Source: Thermodesulfobacteriota bacterium
GTDB taxonomy: Bacteria > Desulfobacterota > WTBG01 > JAGOGO01
Assembly (NCBI GenBank): GCA_026625185.1
Contig: CP113000.1
Coordinates: forward strand, 240,001-272,000
Direction of reading: 5' to 3'
DNA length: 32,000 nucleotides
Shown: positions 1 through 7,981 of the stretch, piece by piece
Position numbering within the stretch: the stretch's first letter is position 1
Layout: each line of letters opens with the position of its first letter
Translations under genes and position numbers: made by a program
Notes under the pieces: model-generated
Seen by the model: only the letters and a program-made list of their open reading frames with translations
Databases searched by the model: none
What the model was told of the DNA's origin: nothing

Positions 1-854
1 TGTTTTGTAAGTTGTTCCATGGTTTTTTTAGCCATATTGATGGGAACGGCATACCCAATCCCGATATTTCCGTCTATTGTGGTGTTGATAAGAGTATTAA
101 TTCCAACCACCTCGCCCTGGATATTGAATAAAGGACCTCCGCTGTTGCCAGGGTTGATAGAAGCGTCAGTTTGAATAAAATCATCGTATGGACCAGCGCC
201 GATGGCCCTCCCTTTTGCGCTCACAACACCAGCGGTTACCGTATGATCCAATCCAAAGGGATTCCCAATAGCCATTACCCAATCTCCTATTCTCACCTTG
301 TTAGAATCCCCCAATTTTACCGGCCCGGGAAAGTCAACCCAGGTTTTTGCCTTGATCAGGGCTAAGTCAGTCTTTTCATCACGACCGACAACTTTAGCCT
401 CGTAGGTTTTTTCATTTGCTAAACGGATAATTATCTGCTCGGCTTCCTCAACCACATGGGCATTGGTGATAATATACCCTTCCTTGGAAACAATGAATCC
501 GGAACCCAAACTTCTCTGTTTTTGTTGCGGGAGCTTTCGCCCAAAAAATTTTTCCCAAAAATCCCTTCCAGAAAACTCTTCGAAAGGAGATTGAGGATCG
601 CCAAAGAAATCGGGCGATTTAGCCATTTTTGTGGTGCTGATATTGACTACTGCCGGACTTACCGTGTCCACCAAATCAGCGAAAGAAGGAGGAAAACTTT
701 TAATTATAACAGACGAGGTTGATTTAAAAGGCAATAATTTTTTTAAAAAATCAAGGCTGCCAAAATAATACGCTCCGATAATTCCTAAAATGATACTGAA
801 GGTCAAAATACCAACAAAAAATTTGACAGAAAATTTTCCCGAATTAGATTTCAT
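1..854 (-). CDS. htrA: HtrA/DegP-family trypsin-like serine protease, N-terminal ~284 aa; the 3-prime end runs off the left edge
   Basis: Absent from the ORF track because it is open at the window edge. My minus-strand translation from ATG 854..852 gives [19 protein letters not shown] (membrane anchor/signal). It then gives catalytic-triad contexts TNAHVV, DLALIK and GNSGGPL, and ends [20 protein letters not shown] at position 3. Confidence 0.85.
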   Translation of the reverse strand, partial: MKSNSGKFSVKFFVGILTFSIILGIIGAYYFGSLDFLKKLLPFKSTSSVIIKSFPPSFADLVDTVSPAVVNISTTKMAKSPDFFGDPQSPFEEFSGRDFWEKFFGRKLPQQKQRSLGSGFIVSKEGYIITNAHVVEEAEQIIIRLANEKTYEAKVVGRDEKTDLALIKAKTWVDFPGPVKLGDSNKVRIGDWVMAIGNPFGLDHTVTAGVVSAKGRAIGAGPYDDFIQTDASINPGNSGGPLFNIQGEVVGINTLINTTIDGNIGIGYAVPINMAKKTMEQLTK

Positions 855-1051
855 GTTTTTAGTACATTATTATTTATTGCTTTTAATAAATTTTTATAGT
901 TTTTACTTCCTTACTCCGTTAGAAATGCCCCGTATGAGAGCCTTCTAACAAGGTTTAATATAAAAAAATTTTCCTTTTATGACAAGAAAATTCCCACTCT
1001 CTTGGAAGGGATCATCTTTTTATGTGAACGATGAGGTTAACTAAAAAGAAG

Positions 1052-1090
1052 TAAAAAGAAACAGCTCCTTCATTGAGCTGCTTCTTTTTT
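1052..1090. terminator. Bidirectional intrinsic terminator next to the displaced tRNA 3-prime end
   Basis: Stem cagctc (1062-1067) pairs with gagctg (1075-1080) around a 7-nt loop. An A-rich run lies upstream and cttctttttt downstream, so the hairpin is followed by a T-run on either strand. Confidence 0.6.
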
Positions 1091-1097
1091 GGGGAAA

Positions 1098-1140
1098 GGC
1101 GGCACCCGGATTCGAACCGGGGAATAAAGGTTTTGCAGAA
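1098..1140 (-). repeat. Displaced 3-prime fragment of tRNA-Cys(GCA), att core copy 1
   Basis: The minus strand reads ttCTGCAAAacctttattCCCGGTTCGAATCCGGGtgccgcc: anticodon loop CU-GCA-AA, T-arm CCCGG/TTCGAAT/CCGGG, then a 7-nt acceptor 3-prime strand followed by U. No complementary 5-prime half follows. It matches 7121-7163 at 42 of 43 positions (mismatch at 1123). Confidence 0.75.
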
Positions 1141-1490
1141 TAACTTTAAGAAAATAAACTTAATAAATACAATGAATGGAAAAACGGGTAACCAGCGGTC
1201 TTTGCCGTAATAAAACGCAACCTATACGCAACCATTTGCCGTAGTTTGCAGAAGTGAAAAAGATTGCCCTGGTCAAGATAAGATTAATTTAGGGCAAACA
1301 AACTAAAGTAAAAAAGGTTTTGAATTGCGGCCCCTTTGTTTTTGAACAGTAAAATACATTCTTACTGGAAACCAAATACAAGAAACACCTTATTTTCACC
1401 ATTTAAATTTTAGTAATATTTTAACGAGTAGTAAAGATTGACTTTTTAATATTTATGATTATCAAAAAGGAAGATTAGAAATTATAAGGA

Positions 1491-1561
1491 GAATATAAAG
1501 TTTTTCTTTTTGTTTAGTAAGGGGATTAACAGAACTAATAACCATATAACGTTATAAGGAG
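1491..1561 (+). repeat. Leader repeat copy A (about 70 nt, ends in ATAAGGAG)
   Basis: gaatataaagtttttctttttgtttagtaaggggattaacagaactaataaccatataacgttataaggag aligns along its length with 1591-1657. The tail ttataaggag also occurs at about 1483-1491. Confidence 0.8.
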
Positions 1562-1590
1562 GGACGCGGCATTCATCAAGTCTTATTGGG

Positions 1591-1657
1591 GAATACAAAG
1601 TTTTTTTATTTGTTAAGGGGATTAACAAAACTAATAGCCATATAACTTTATAAGGAG
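1591..1657 (+). repeat. Leader repeat copy B, supplies the RBS of the 1665 ORF
   Basis: gaatacaaagtttttttatttgttaaggggattaacaaaactaatagccatataactttataaggag, followed by aaataag and ATG at 1665. Confidence 0.8.
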
Positions 1658-1664
1658 AAATAAG

Positions 1665-2021
1665 ATGAAAATTAAATTTATTCTTTTAGCTTTAGTTTTA
1701 GGTTTGTTTTTTGTTGTTTCAACAACCAATGCTGGGTCTGTTTATCATAAATACCTAATGAAAGGTTCGGTTCTTGAAGTTTCGGATAGCATGGCCTATA
1801 TATGCGTAGGCACCAAAGATGGGGCAAAGGCAGGACAGGAGCTTAATGTGGTAAGATACGTAAAAACGGAGGCAACTCCTGGCCCGAAAGAACAGCCCAT
1901 GTTCAAAAGGGAAGAAGTTGGTAAATTAAAAATAGAGAAAATTGTCGACGAACATATGGCCAACGCTAAGATAATATCCGGAGACGTTAAGGTGCATGAC
2001 ATCGTAGAGTTGAAGAAATAG
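1665..2021 (+). CDS. Small secreted protein of unknown function (118 aa)
   Basis: ORF track. AAGGAG lies 8 nt upstream. N-terminal signal peptide MKIKFILLALVLGLFFVVSTTNA. A terminator follows. Confidence 0.7.
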   Translation: MKIKFILLALVLGLFFVVSTTNAGSVYHKYLMKGSVLEVSDSMAYICVGTKDGAKAGQELNVVRYVKTEATPGPKEQPMFKREEVGKLKIEKIVDEHMANAKIISGDVKVHDIVELKK

Positions 2022-2066
2022 ATGAATTAGGCATACCCAACGTTGGCAAAAATTTAATGAAAGAAA

Positions 2067-2091
2067 GGGCCTCGAATTGAGACCCTTTTTT
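2067..2091 (+). terminator. Intrinsic terminator of the 1665 ORF
   Basis: gggcctc gaatt gagaccc (one mismatch in the stem) followed by tttttt. Confidence 0.6.
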
Positions 2092-2237
2092 ATTTCATCT
2101 TAATGAGGGATGTAATGTAATAGGAGAATAGCGGGATTAGGCAGGATATGACGGTAAGTGCCGGGATAAAAAGAAAAAATTAAAACGAGCCGATTTTTTT
2201 GTCGCCACACTGCTACCCGCCAATCCCTGTTTTTTTG

Positions 2238-2258
2238 TAATGAAATCGGCGACAAATT
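2238..2258 (-). repeat. Exact inverted copy of the 21-bp unit found at 6952-6972
   Basis: taatgaaatcggcgacaaatt is the exact reverse complement of aatttgtcgccgatttcatta (21 of 21). A partial oppositely oriented core ttgtcgcc lies at 2199-2206. Confidence 0.9.
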
Positions 2259-2297
2259 TTAAAGGAAATTTTAAACACGTAGTTTTAAAAAAACACC

Positions 2298-2435
2298 TTA
2301 TTTCTTTTTGGGAATTTTAATTGTTTCGACAACGGTGGTTGAGGTTATTCTTTGAGCAACTTTAACCGGAATAAATTTTCCCGTTCCTGCGTCACGCCCA
2401 ACTTTAAAAATTGTATTCCCCGTTTTTTTAGACAT
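2298..2435 (-). CDS. Small basic protein (45 aa from the internal ATG), unknown function
   Basis: The track ORF is 2298..2522. I prefer the start MSKKTGNTIFKVGRDAGTGKFIPVKVAQRITSTTVVETIKIPKKK at ATG 2435..2433. The start choice is uncertain; ATG 2450 is also possible. Confidence 0.45.
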   Translation of the reverse strand: MSKKTGNTIFKVGRDAGTGKFIPVKVAQRITSTTVVETIKIPKKK

Positions 2436-2574
2436 TTTACACTCACCCATAACCTCATTAATTTTACTATATTTTTTTTGCGCGGAGTTCAAACAATACT
2501 TATAGTAATAAATTTGACCCATATAAAAGCCCAGATACTTTATTCAATCCATTAAAAGGGCTATGGAAAAAAAA

Positions 2575-3048
2575 TTAATAAATTGATTTAAACCAGCCGG
2601 TATTTTTATCTATTTGGACTTTATCGACTAAAGAGCCTTCCTTTGTTAAGATATTTACTTCATAAGTTGCTCCTTTGTCAGATATATCGCCAACCTTTAA
2701 ATTCGGATTTTTAATTAACTGCAAAGACTTTTCTAAAAGGGTTTTAGCTTCATCTTGTGTGAGGAGCTTGGTCGGATGCTTCTGGCTTGTATCATGGGGG
2801 GCGCCCAATTTACTCCCGCAGTAAGGGCAATATGCCCAACCGCCTTGGTAACAACCCCATCTTCCTTGCGGTGCCCCTTGTCCTGGTCTCAACGGAGGAC
2901 AACCCCAACCGCCTTGTTGAACCCCTGGCTCTTGTTGCATCCTAGGACAATACCAACCTCCATAATACGGTTGAGCATTGGAATGAGGAATAGCTAAAAA
3001 AGCTAAGGTAAATATTATTACTCCCAGGCCAATAAAAATACGGTTCAT
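2575..3048 (-). CDS. Secreted protein with Gly/Trp/Cys repeats and a PepSY-like C-terminal domain (157 aa)
   Basis: Signal peptide MNRIFIGLGVIIFTLAFLAIPHSNA. Four GGW-type motifs: GGWYCP, GGWGCP, GRWGCY, GGWAYCPYC. The C-terminus GATYEVNILTKEGSLVDKVQIDKNTGW resembles PepSY. Confidence 0.7.
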   Translation of the reverse strand: MNRIFIGLGVIIFTLAFLAIPHSNAQPYYGGWYCPRMQQEPGVQQGGWGCPPLRPGQGAPQGRWGCYQGGWAYCPYCGSKLGAPHDTSQKHPTKLLTQDEAKTLLEKSLQLIKNPNLKVGDISDKGATYEVNILTKEGSLVDKVQIDKNTGWFKSIY

Positions 3049-3371
3049 ATTTTTTCTCCTTTTTTTTAATTATAAATTAAATTATTGCCACTATAAAAAC
3101 CGTATAGCCCAATTTTCCCCTGAATCAATAGTGTCAACCCGGTATTTTAAATACAGGAAGATAGTATTTTGCGCCAATTTCTATAGGCTTTTTTAAATCA
3201 ACATAAGGCGCCGTTGTTAAGAAATTTATAATTTTAGGGACGTGCCCACATTATCCCTCAATTCTAACTTTAAACGTGGTATATCTTTCGGGGGCAGGTC
3301 AGAACCGTTGTTGAAAAAATTGACCGACATTCCCAAATACAATTTACTTTTACTATGGGAGCAACTCCTCA

Positions 3372-4349
3372 TCAATCAAGCTTGTTATTAACCTCAGTTT
3401 CTTTGATCCCTTTCATGCGCTTTCTCCAGGGCCACCACCACTGTTCAGGATATTGTCTTACGAATGCTTCAATTATTTCTGTAAAAGCTTGAGTTATTTG
3501 ATACACATCCTTTTCGCGATTGCCGGATTTTTTAACCGTAATCGGGGGTGTAACAATAATCTTATGCTTTTTCCTGCCAAGCTTTATCATAAAGGCGCAA
3601 AGTATCTCAGCGCCGGTTCTTAGGTGTAATAACGCCGGGCCTTCAACAGTATCCGTTTGGTGATTGAAAAATTCTACGGACACGCCGCCGTCACGTTTTT
3701 TCTGATCGGCAAAAAGAAACAGAATTCCCCCTTTTTTTAACCATTTCAGAGAATCCGAAACCGCCTTGATTCTGGGCAGCGCGGGAATCCATTGTATGCC
3801 GGCTTTTCTCATGCAAATGTGCCAGATTTCAGCCCAGACAGCATTATTGGTATCTTTGATCACGATGTTACAGTGATAACCCATGAGTGATAGCCTGCGC
3901 CCCAGAAAAAGGAAATTTCCAAAATGAGTACCTATACAAATAACGCCTTTTTGGTTTTTTAGCGCTTCATCCAGATGGTGGGCGCCTTCAACCGAAATGT
4001 CCTGTAACAACCCCTTGTTTAAGTCCGGGTGTTTAAAAAGGCGTATGGCAGTATCTACGAGATTTTCAGCGATTTCATGAAAGACTCGCTTTGCCAGCTT
4101 GGTGATTTCCTCTTCAGATTTCTTTTCCCGGTAGACGTTAGTCAGCTGTTTTATGGTGCTGGTGCGCCTTTTGTCCGAAAAAAGAAAATATACGTTGCCC
4201 AAAACGTGAGAAAAACTATAAAGCATTGTTTCGGGAATCAACCTAATAATAATTTTAAAAAAATAGGTATGTATCCATGCAGCCAATTTTTCTATTTTTT
4301 TCTTTAACTCCATATTTTTCATAAAAAAAGTCAGTAGCATACACTCCAC
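3372..4349 (-). CDS. Lysophospholipid / lipid A-type (LpxL/HtrB-like) acyltransferase family protein
   Basis: 325-aa ORF. N-terminal hydrophobic segment, ICIGTHFGNF (an HxGNx-type acyltransferase motif) and FLFADQK. The start may instead be the internal ATG at 4313. Confidence 0.6.
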   Translation of the reverse strand: MECMLLTFFMKNMELKKKIEKLAAWIHTYFFKIIIRLIPETMLYSFSHVLGNVYFLFSDKRRTSTIKQLTNVYREKKSEEEITKLAKRVFHEIAENLVDTAIRLFKHPDLNKGLLQDISVEGAHHLDEALKNQKGVICIGTHFGNFLFLGRRLSLMGYHCNIVIKDTNNAVWAEIWHICMRKAGIQWIPALPRIKAVSDSLKWLKKGGILFLFADQKKRDGGVSVEFFNHQTDTVEGPALLHLRTGAEILCAFMIKLGRKKHKIIVTPPITVKKSGNREKDVYQITQAFTEIIEAFVRQYPEQWWWPWRKRMKGIKETEVNNKLD

Positions 4350-4477
4350 TTTAAAATTTTTCTTTCTTTATCTGTATCAGGGGATATGTTGTTTACTGCT
4401 GTCATCTGCTTTACTCGATCAACAAATCGGTCGGCCTCACCAGGGTTTTGAAACCCGAAAATCTGCAAATTTTTGTC

Positions 4478-4945
4478 CTAATATTCCTGTGAAAGGCGAA
4501 CGTAGCGTTTGTGGTGGCGGCAGATCTTAAGCCAAAAGAAAACGGGGATCGGTCTCAGAAGGGTCCGACGAAATTTCTGCTGAGTTACCGAATTGAGAAA
4601 CCGCTTACCAATGATGCGCTCCTTCAACCGGCATAAAGAGCGGTACAAAAAAACATGCCAAGGGTATTTAAGCAAAATCACAGTGGTAGCGCGGGACAAA
4701 ATAATTTCCTTTATTTTGCTACTGTTATCGTCCATGACCCATGTATTTGTTGCGGTGGCATTCCAAATCAGCATCCTGAACTCGTCGGTTGGTCTTGGTG
4801 TCCGCTTTGGCAAATAATAAATGGCCTCCAATTCGATGTGTTTGACCATCATTATTTTGGCGAGTTTGCGGGCAAAAGTGGTTTTCCCGGAACAAGTCAC
4901 CCCAATGACTACAAGACGTTTCAACTTTTTTTGATCTATTGTCAT
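4478..4945 (-). CDS. P-loop NTPase, adenylate-kinase-like
   Basis: Walker A IGVTCSGKTTFARKLA in the first 30 residues of a 155-aa protein. A 4-nt overlap (ATGA) links it to the upstream ORF. Confidence 0.65.
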   Translation of the reverse strand: MTIDQKKLKRLVVIGVTCSGKTTFARKLAKIMMVKHIELEAIYYLPKRTPRPTDEFRMLIWNATATNTWVMDDNSSKIKEIILSRATTVILLKYPWHVFLYRSLCRLKERIIGKRFLNSVTQQKFRRTLLRPIPVFFWLKICRHHKRYVRLSQEY

Positions 4946-5214
4946 TGGTTATCTTTTTTTTTGTGTCCTTTTTCCAAACCGACTTCAGCGCCACCCAAAA
5001 ATTCGGGTAATTTGAAAGAGATTTTAAATCCGTTATCTAAAAGTCCTTTACCTGCCGTGAGAGTCCCGATGATTTCTTCAAGACAGTGCGGTGGGAGTAT
5101 GACTCCGGAGGAACCTATGGATTCAATAATAATAAGTTCTGCTGGTGTTGAGGGATCATAAAAAGTTTTTTGGGATTGTCCGTTCAGAAGAATAATAGTA
5201 GAAATTATTTTCAT
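4942..5214 (-). CDS. Hypothetical protein (90 aa), translationally coupled to the P-loop gene
   Basis: ORF track. GAAGGAA RBS upstream. The stop overlaps the downstream start by 4 nt. Confidence 0.5.
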   Translation of the reverse strand: MKIISTIILLNGQSQKTFYDPSTPAELIIIESIGSSGVILPPHCLEEIIGTLTAGKGLLDNGFKISFKLPEFLGGAEVGLEKGHKKKDNQ

Positions 5215-5335
5215 TTACGTAAGTTCCTTCTGACAAAGAGCCTTATTTACCTAAAAATGATAAATTTTGAAAGTTAATATATTCACACTACAATTTAAGT
5301 TTTAAGGTGTTTTTTGGCTCATTTTAAGAGCAAAT

Positions 5336-5369
5336 AAAAAGGCCGCTATCTTTCTTCAAGATAGCGGCC
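5336..5369 (-). terminator. Intrinsic terminator (minus strand)
   Basis: Perfect 10-bp stem: ggccgctatc (5341-5350) pairs with gatagcggcc (5360-5369). On the plus strand it is preceded by aaaaa, which is a T-run on the minus strand. Confidence 0.75.
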
Positions 5370-5494
5370 CGACCATCAATCAACCTCCAGAAATGATTAC
5401 CTTTTCTGGACCCTTAAAAATTATTTTTATACATTTTTAAATTTAATACTTTTTTATATATTTTCCCCATTCCCTTGTCAAGTATATATTAACT

Positions 5495-6822
5495 CACTAG
5501 TGTCCGGTTAAGATTGAAATAAATTCAATTGGTTATAATTTGTATTGACCTTGTTTATGTAACTATCAGGCGAAAAGGCCCGTGAAATGGGGATTTTCTC
5601 AAAAAAAATCACGCTTAAAATCTGTAAAATTGTGTAGAGACTAAGGTCTATTTTTAATCTCTTTTTCATTATCGCAACAAGGACATATACTGATATTGCA
5701 ATCCAAATCTGAGTTTTAACGGCATTCTCAGATGTCCCATAAAATGCCTTTATACGCAGATGCTGTTTGATCCATTTAAAGAACAATTCAACGTGCCAAC
5801 GGCATCGATAGAGATCTGCTATAGTCATCGCCGGTAACGTAAACTGATTTGTAAGAAACGTAATTTTCTTGTTTTGCTCTTTGTCAAAATATTTTACCCG
5901 ACGAAGGTTCTCCGGGTAATGTTTTCGAGAATAAAAGCCGCTCGGGGCTATAACTTGATCACATTGAATGCCGGAGCTTTTATCAACCGGCAGAGAATAA
6001 ATCCTTCTAAGGCAAGCATTGGATTTTTCTCTGACGATAAAGGAAGCCGAGTTCTGTTGCAATGCGTAAAGCCTTTCGAAGTCCAGATAGCCGCGGTCCA
6101 TGATATAAATCCCACCTGTTTCTGGAATGAGTTCATCAAGGATATTAACTTCGTGCACCTTGCCGTGCATTATGGCTATAAAAGAGGGGATACTGCCCCT
6201 CAAGTCTAAAAGCGTACGCAGTTTAATGGCGCCCTTACTTTTTCTGAAGCGTGCCCATGGGAATACTGAAAAACATAGATCAATAATTGTTGCATCCAGT
6301 GCATAAACAGTTTCCTGGAGTTGAAGACCAAAGTCCTCATTTATATACAATTGCCTTGCATGGTGAATGAGTACCTGAGCAAAATCGCTATATATACGCC
6401 AATCCCTGGTTTCATTGGCATCTGCCAGGGTACTTTTGGAAACTTTACCTCTGATCCCCATATGGTAGAGCTTCTTTTGTGAGGCACGAAGACAGCATTC
6501 GATGTCCCTTAGGCTTTCTCGATAAGTGAGTTGAGCAAAGGTCATACACAGGAATTGGTCGAAGCATGAAAAATAACGAACCTTATAATTGCCTTGGGAT
6601 CTATCAACGCATTGGCGAAATATTTTCTTGGGTAGAAAATCCATTACTTGAGAGAAAATCGTTTTACCGTGATTCATTTGATGTCTCCTTCTGCTTGTTA
6701 TAATGCAGAAGGAGTATCAATATCATCAGGCTGAATTCAAATCGATCCCCCCAAATTGGCCTATATTTTATGTAATTACAATTTGTTATAAATTTTTTAA
6801 AAATCTTAACCGGACACTAGTG
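5495..6822 (-). mobile_element. Complete IS4-family insertion sequence (about 1.33 kb)
   Basis: Perfect 21-bp terminal inverted repeats: cactagtgtccggttaagatt (5495-5515) and aatcttaaccggacactagtg (6802-6822). They enclose a single DDE transposase ORF. I found no convincing target-site duplication. Confidence 0.9.
5508..6677 (-). CDS. IS4-family DDE transposase (389 aa)
   Basis: DDE contexts YALDATIIDL and IYIMDRGY, plus the IS4 Y-(2)-R-(3)-E-(6)-K signature in YRCRWHVELFFKWIKQ. Confidence 0.9.
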   Translation of the reverse strand: MNHGKTIFSQVMDFLPKKIFRQCVDRSQGNYKVRYFSCFDQFLCMTFAQLTYRESLRDIECCLRASQKKLYHMGIRGKVSKSTLADANETRDWRIYSDFAQVLIHHARQLYINEDFGLQLQETVYALDATIIDLCFSVFPWARFRKSKGAIKLRTLLDLRGSIPSFIAIMHGKVHEVNILDELIPETGGIYIMDRGYLDFERLYALQQNSASFIVREKSNACLRRIYSLPVDKSSGIQCDQVIAPSGFYSRKHYPENLRRVKYFDKEQNKKITFLTNQFTLPAMTIADLYRCRWHVELFFKWIKQHLRIKAFYGTSENAVKTQIWIAISVYVLVAIMKKRLKIDLSLYTILQILSVIFFEKIPISRAFSPDSYINKVNTNYNQLNLFQS

Positions 6823-6951
6823 GGACGGGTAAAATATATTTTTTATCGAGTTTTAAGCGGTGAGGGCCGTTGAATTTGGGGATAAAAATACCTGCTGATT
6901 TTGAGGTAAAAAATCAGACAGGTTTTGTGTTCCCTGAAAAAACCTCCCAGG

Positions 6952-7014
6952 AATTTGTCGCCGATTTCATTAAGTTGTCGCCGTTTTTGTTACAATTTGT
7001 CGCCGATTCTATTA
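6952..7014 (+). repeat. Three contiguous 21-bp direct repeats with core TTGTCGCCG, candidate protein-binding array
   Basis: aatttgtcgccgatttcatta (6952-6972), agttgtcgccgtttttgttac (6973-6993), aatttgtcgccgattctatta (6994-7014). The period is exactly 21 bp. The array ends about 107 bp left of att core copy 2. An inverted partial core (cccgacac) lies at about 7017-7024. Confidence 0.85.
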
Positions 7015-7120
7015 AACCCGACACTTAACCCTAAAATTTAAACCGTAATCCATAGAACTATCCGCAACCAGAAAACAAAAATGGATTAGTGAAAACCGCT
7101 AACCCATTGAAATTACAAGA

Positions 7121-7163
7121 GGCGGCACCCGGATTCGAACCGGGGTATAAAGGTTTTGCAGAA
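7121..7163 (-). repeat. tRNA-Cys(GCA) 3-prime fragment, att core copy 2 (junction of elements 1 and 2)
   Basis: Same 43 nt as 1098-1140 apart from one variable-loop base (7146). It has no 5-prime half and no terminator on its left flank. Confidence 0.75.
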
Positions 7164-7393
7164 GAAATTTTAGAAATAAAATTAAATAAATTCAATATGT
7201 TATCTTGCAAAGATTGTCAAAATTTTACCGCAAAAAGTAACCTATCCGACACCGATTTCCGCAATTTGCAAATGGAAGCAAAAATTGAGATAAAAAACAT
7301 CATATTGTGTAATTAGGGAGATATCTTCGACAAGACGGTTTTCCCCCAGATCGCTTTCCCCGGATTAATAACAGGAGTTCTACGGGAGGCCCC

Positions 7394-7981
7394 ATGGAAA
7401 AATTTAAATTATCTAAGGAACAATGCCAAAGAATAGAAGAGTGTTTTCAAAAAAGAAGCAAAAAATATAACCAAGAAAAAGTTAAAGACTTTATAAATGA
7501 GTTAATCGATTTTGTTTTTTTGATTAATCACATGGAATCGTTTCAAAGCGACCCCGAACCAAGTGCACCGGAATACAAACGCCTTTGTTGCCAAGTTAAA
7601 AAAGTTAACCAGGGGTTAAAAGAGATGGTTTACGGTGGTAAATCTATTTCTCAAAATTCCAGTTATTATTTACGCCGACAAATGAATCCAGGTGATGTGA
7701 GAACAATCAAAGCAATTATAGACATCCTTGGTGAAGTTACCAAAAAATTGGAAGATGCAAGCAAAGGGAAAAGATGGAAACATCCAAGAGTCATTTCAAT
7801 GGATCCTTATTTTATAACCCAATCTTTAGCAAAAGATTTTTATATGCCATATTTTGGAAAGCCTACGGCCTATGATGACGGTTCTTTTATGGGAGTTGTC
7901 CGAATCGTTCTGGAAGCCCTTAACTTACCCGCCGAAGACCCTTCCCGTGCAGTAGCACAAGCAATTAAAAACCTTTCCTAA
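7394..7981 (+). CDS. Hypothetical protein (195 aa)
   Basis: ORF track. GGGAGG lies upstream of the ATG. I recognise no motif. Confidence 0.55.
   Translation: MEKFKLSKEQCQRIEECFQKRSKKYNQEKVKDFINELIDFVFLINHMESFQSDPEPSAPEYKRLCCQVKKVNQGLKEMVYGGKSISQNSSYYLRRQMNPGDVRTIKAIIDILGEVTKKLEDASKGKRWKHPRVISMDPYFITQSLAKDFYMPYFGKPTAYDDGSFMGVVRIVLEALNLPAEDPSRAVAQAIKNLS

Larger units (their letters stand above)
1098..7120. mobile_element. Degenerate integrated element (element 1) between the two tRNA-Cys fragments; no integrase present
   Basis: It is bounded by direct repeats of the tRNA 3-prime fragment. The left flank of copy 1 is chromosomal (terminator plus htrA). About 130 nt to the right of each core is homologous between the two copies. 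An IS sits near where an integrase gene would be expected. Confidence 0.5.

Noticed and set aside
3291-3304. Exact 14-mer GGGGCAGGTCAGAA shared with 23858-23871, both about 35-80 nt downstream of minus-strand stop codons, with loosely similar flanks
   Set aside because: A single 14-nt match is within chance expectation for a 32-kb window on two strands, and the flanking similarity is weak. It is worth a genome-wide count but is not supportable here.
4655-5161. 168-aa plus-strand ORF
   Set aside because: It is antisense to two coupled minus-strand genes, one with a Walker A motif. Its composition looks like a shadow frame.
5481-5490. Possible IS target duplication (tatatatt left of the IS versus atatatt at about 6834-6840)
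   Set aside because: The right-hand copy is about 11 bp away from the IS terminus, and the motif is trivial in AT-rich DNA.
6952-7014. Possible CRISPR array
   Set aside because: The three 21-bp units are contiguous with no spacers, and there is no leader or cas gene. It is a tandem binding-site array, not CRISPR.
2199-7024. Tn7-like or Mu-like transposon defined by multi-site ends
   Set aside because: Kept only as an alternative in the findings. There are no tnsABC or MuA-like genes inside, no TGT...ACA termini with a 5-bp duplication, and site spacing differs between the two ends.
7089-7316. 75-aa plus-strand ORF from the track
   Set aside because: It reads straight through the tRNA-Cys fragment and att arm (its AAPGFEPGYKGFAEE is translated tRNA sequence), has no RBS, and is AT-rich low complexity downstream. 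Spurious.
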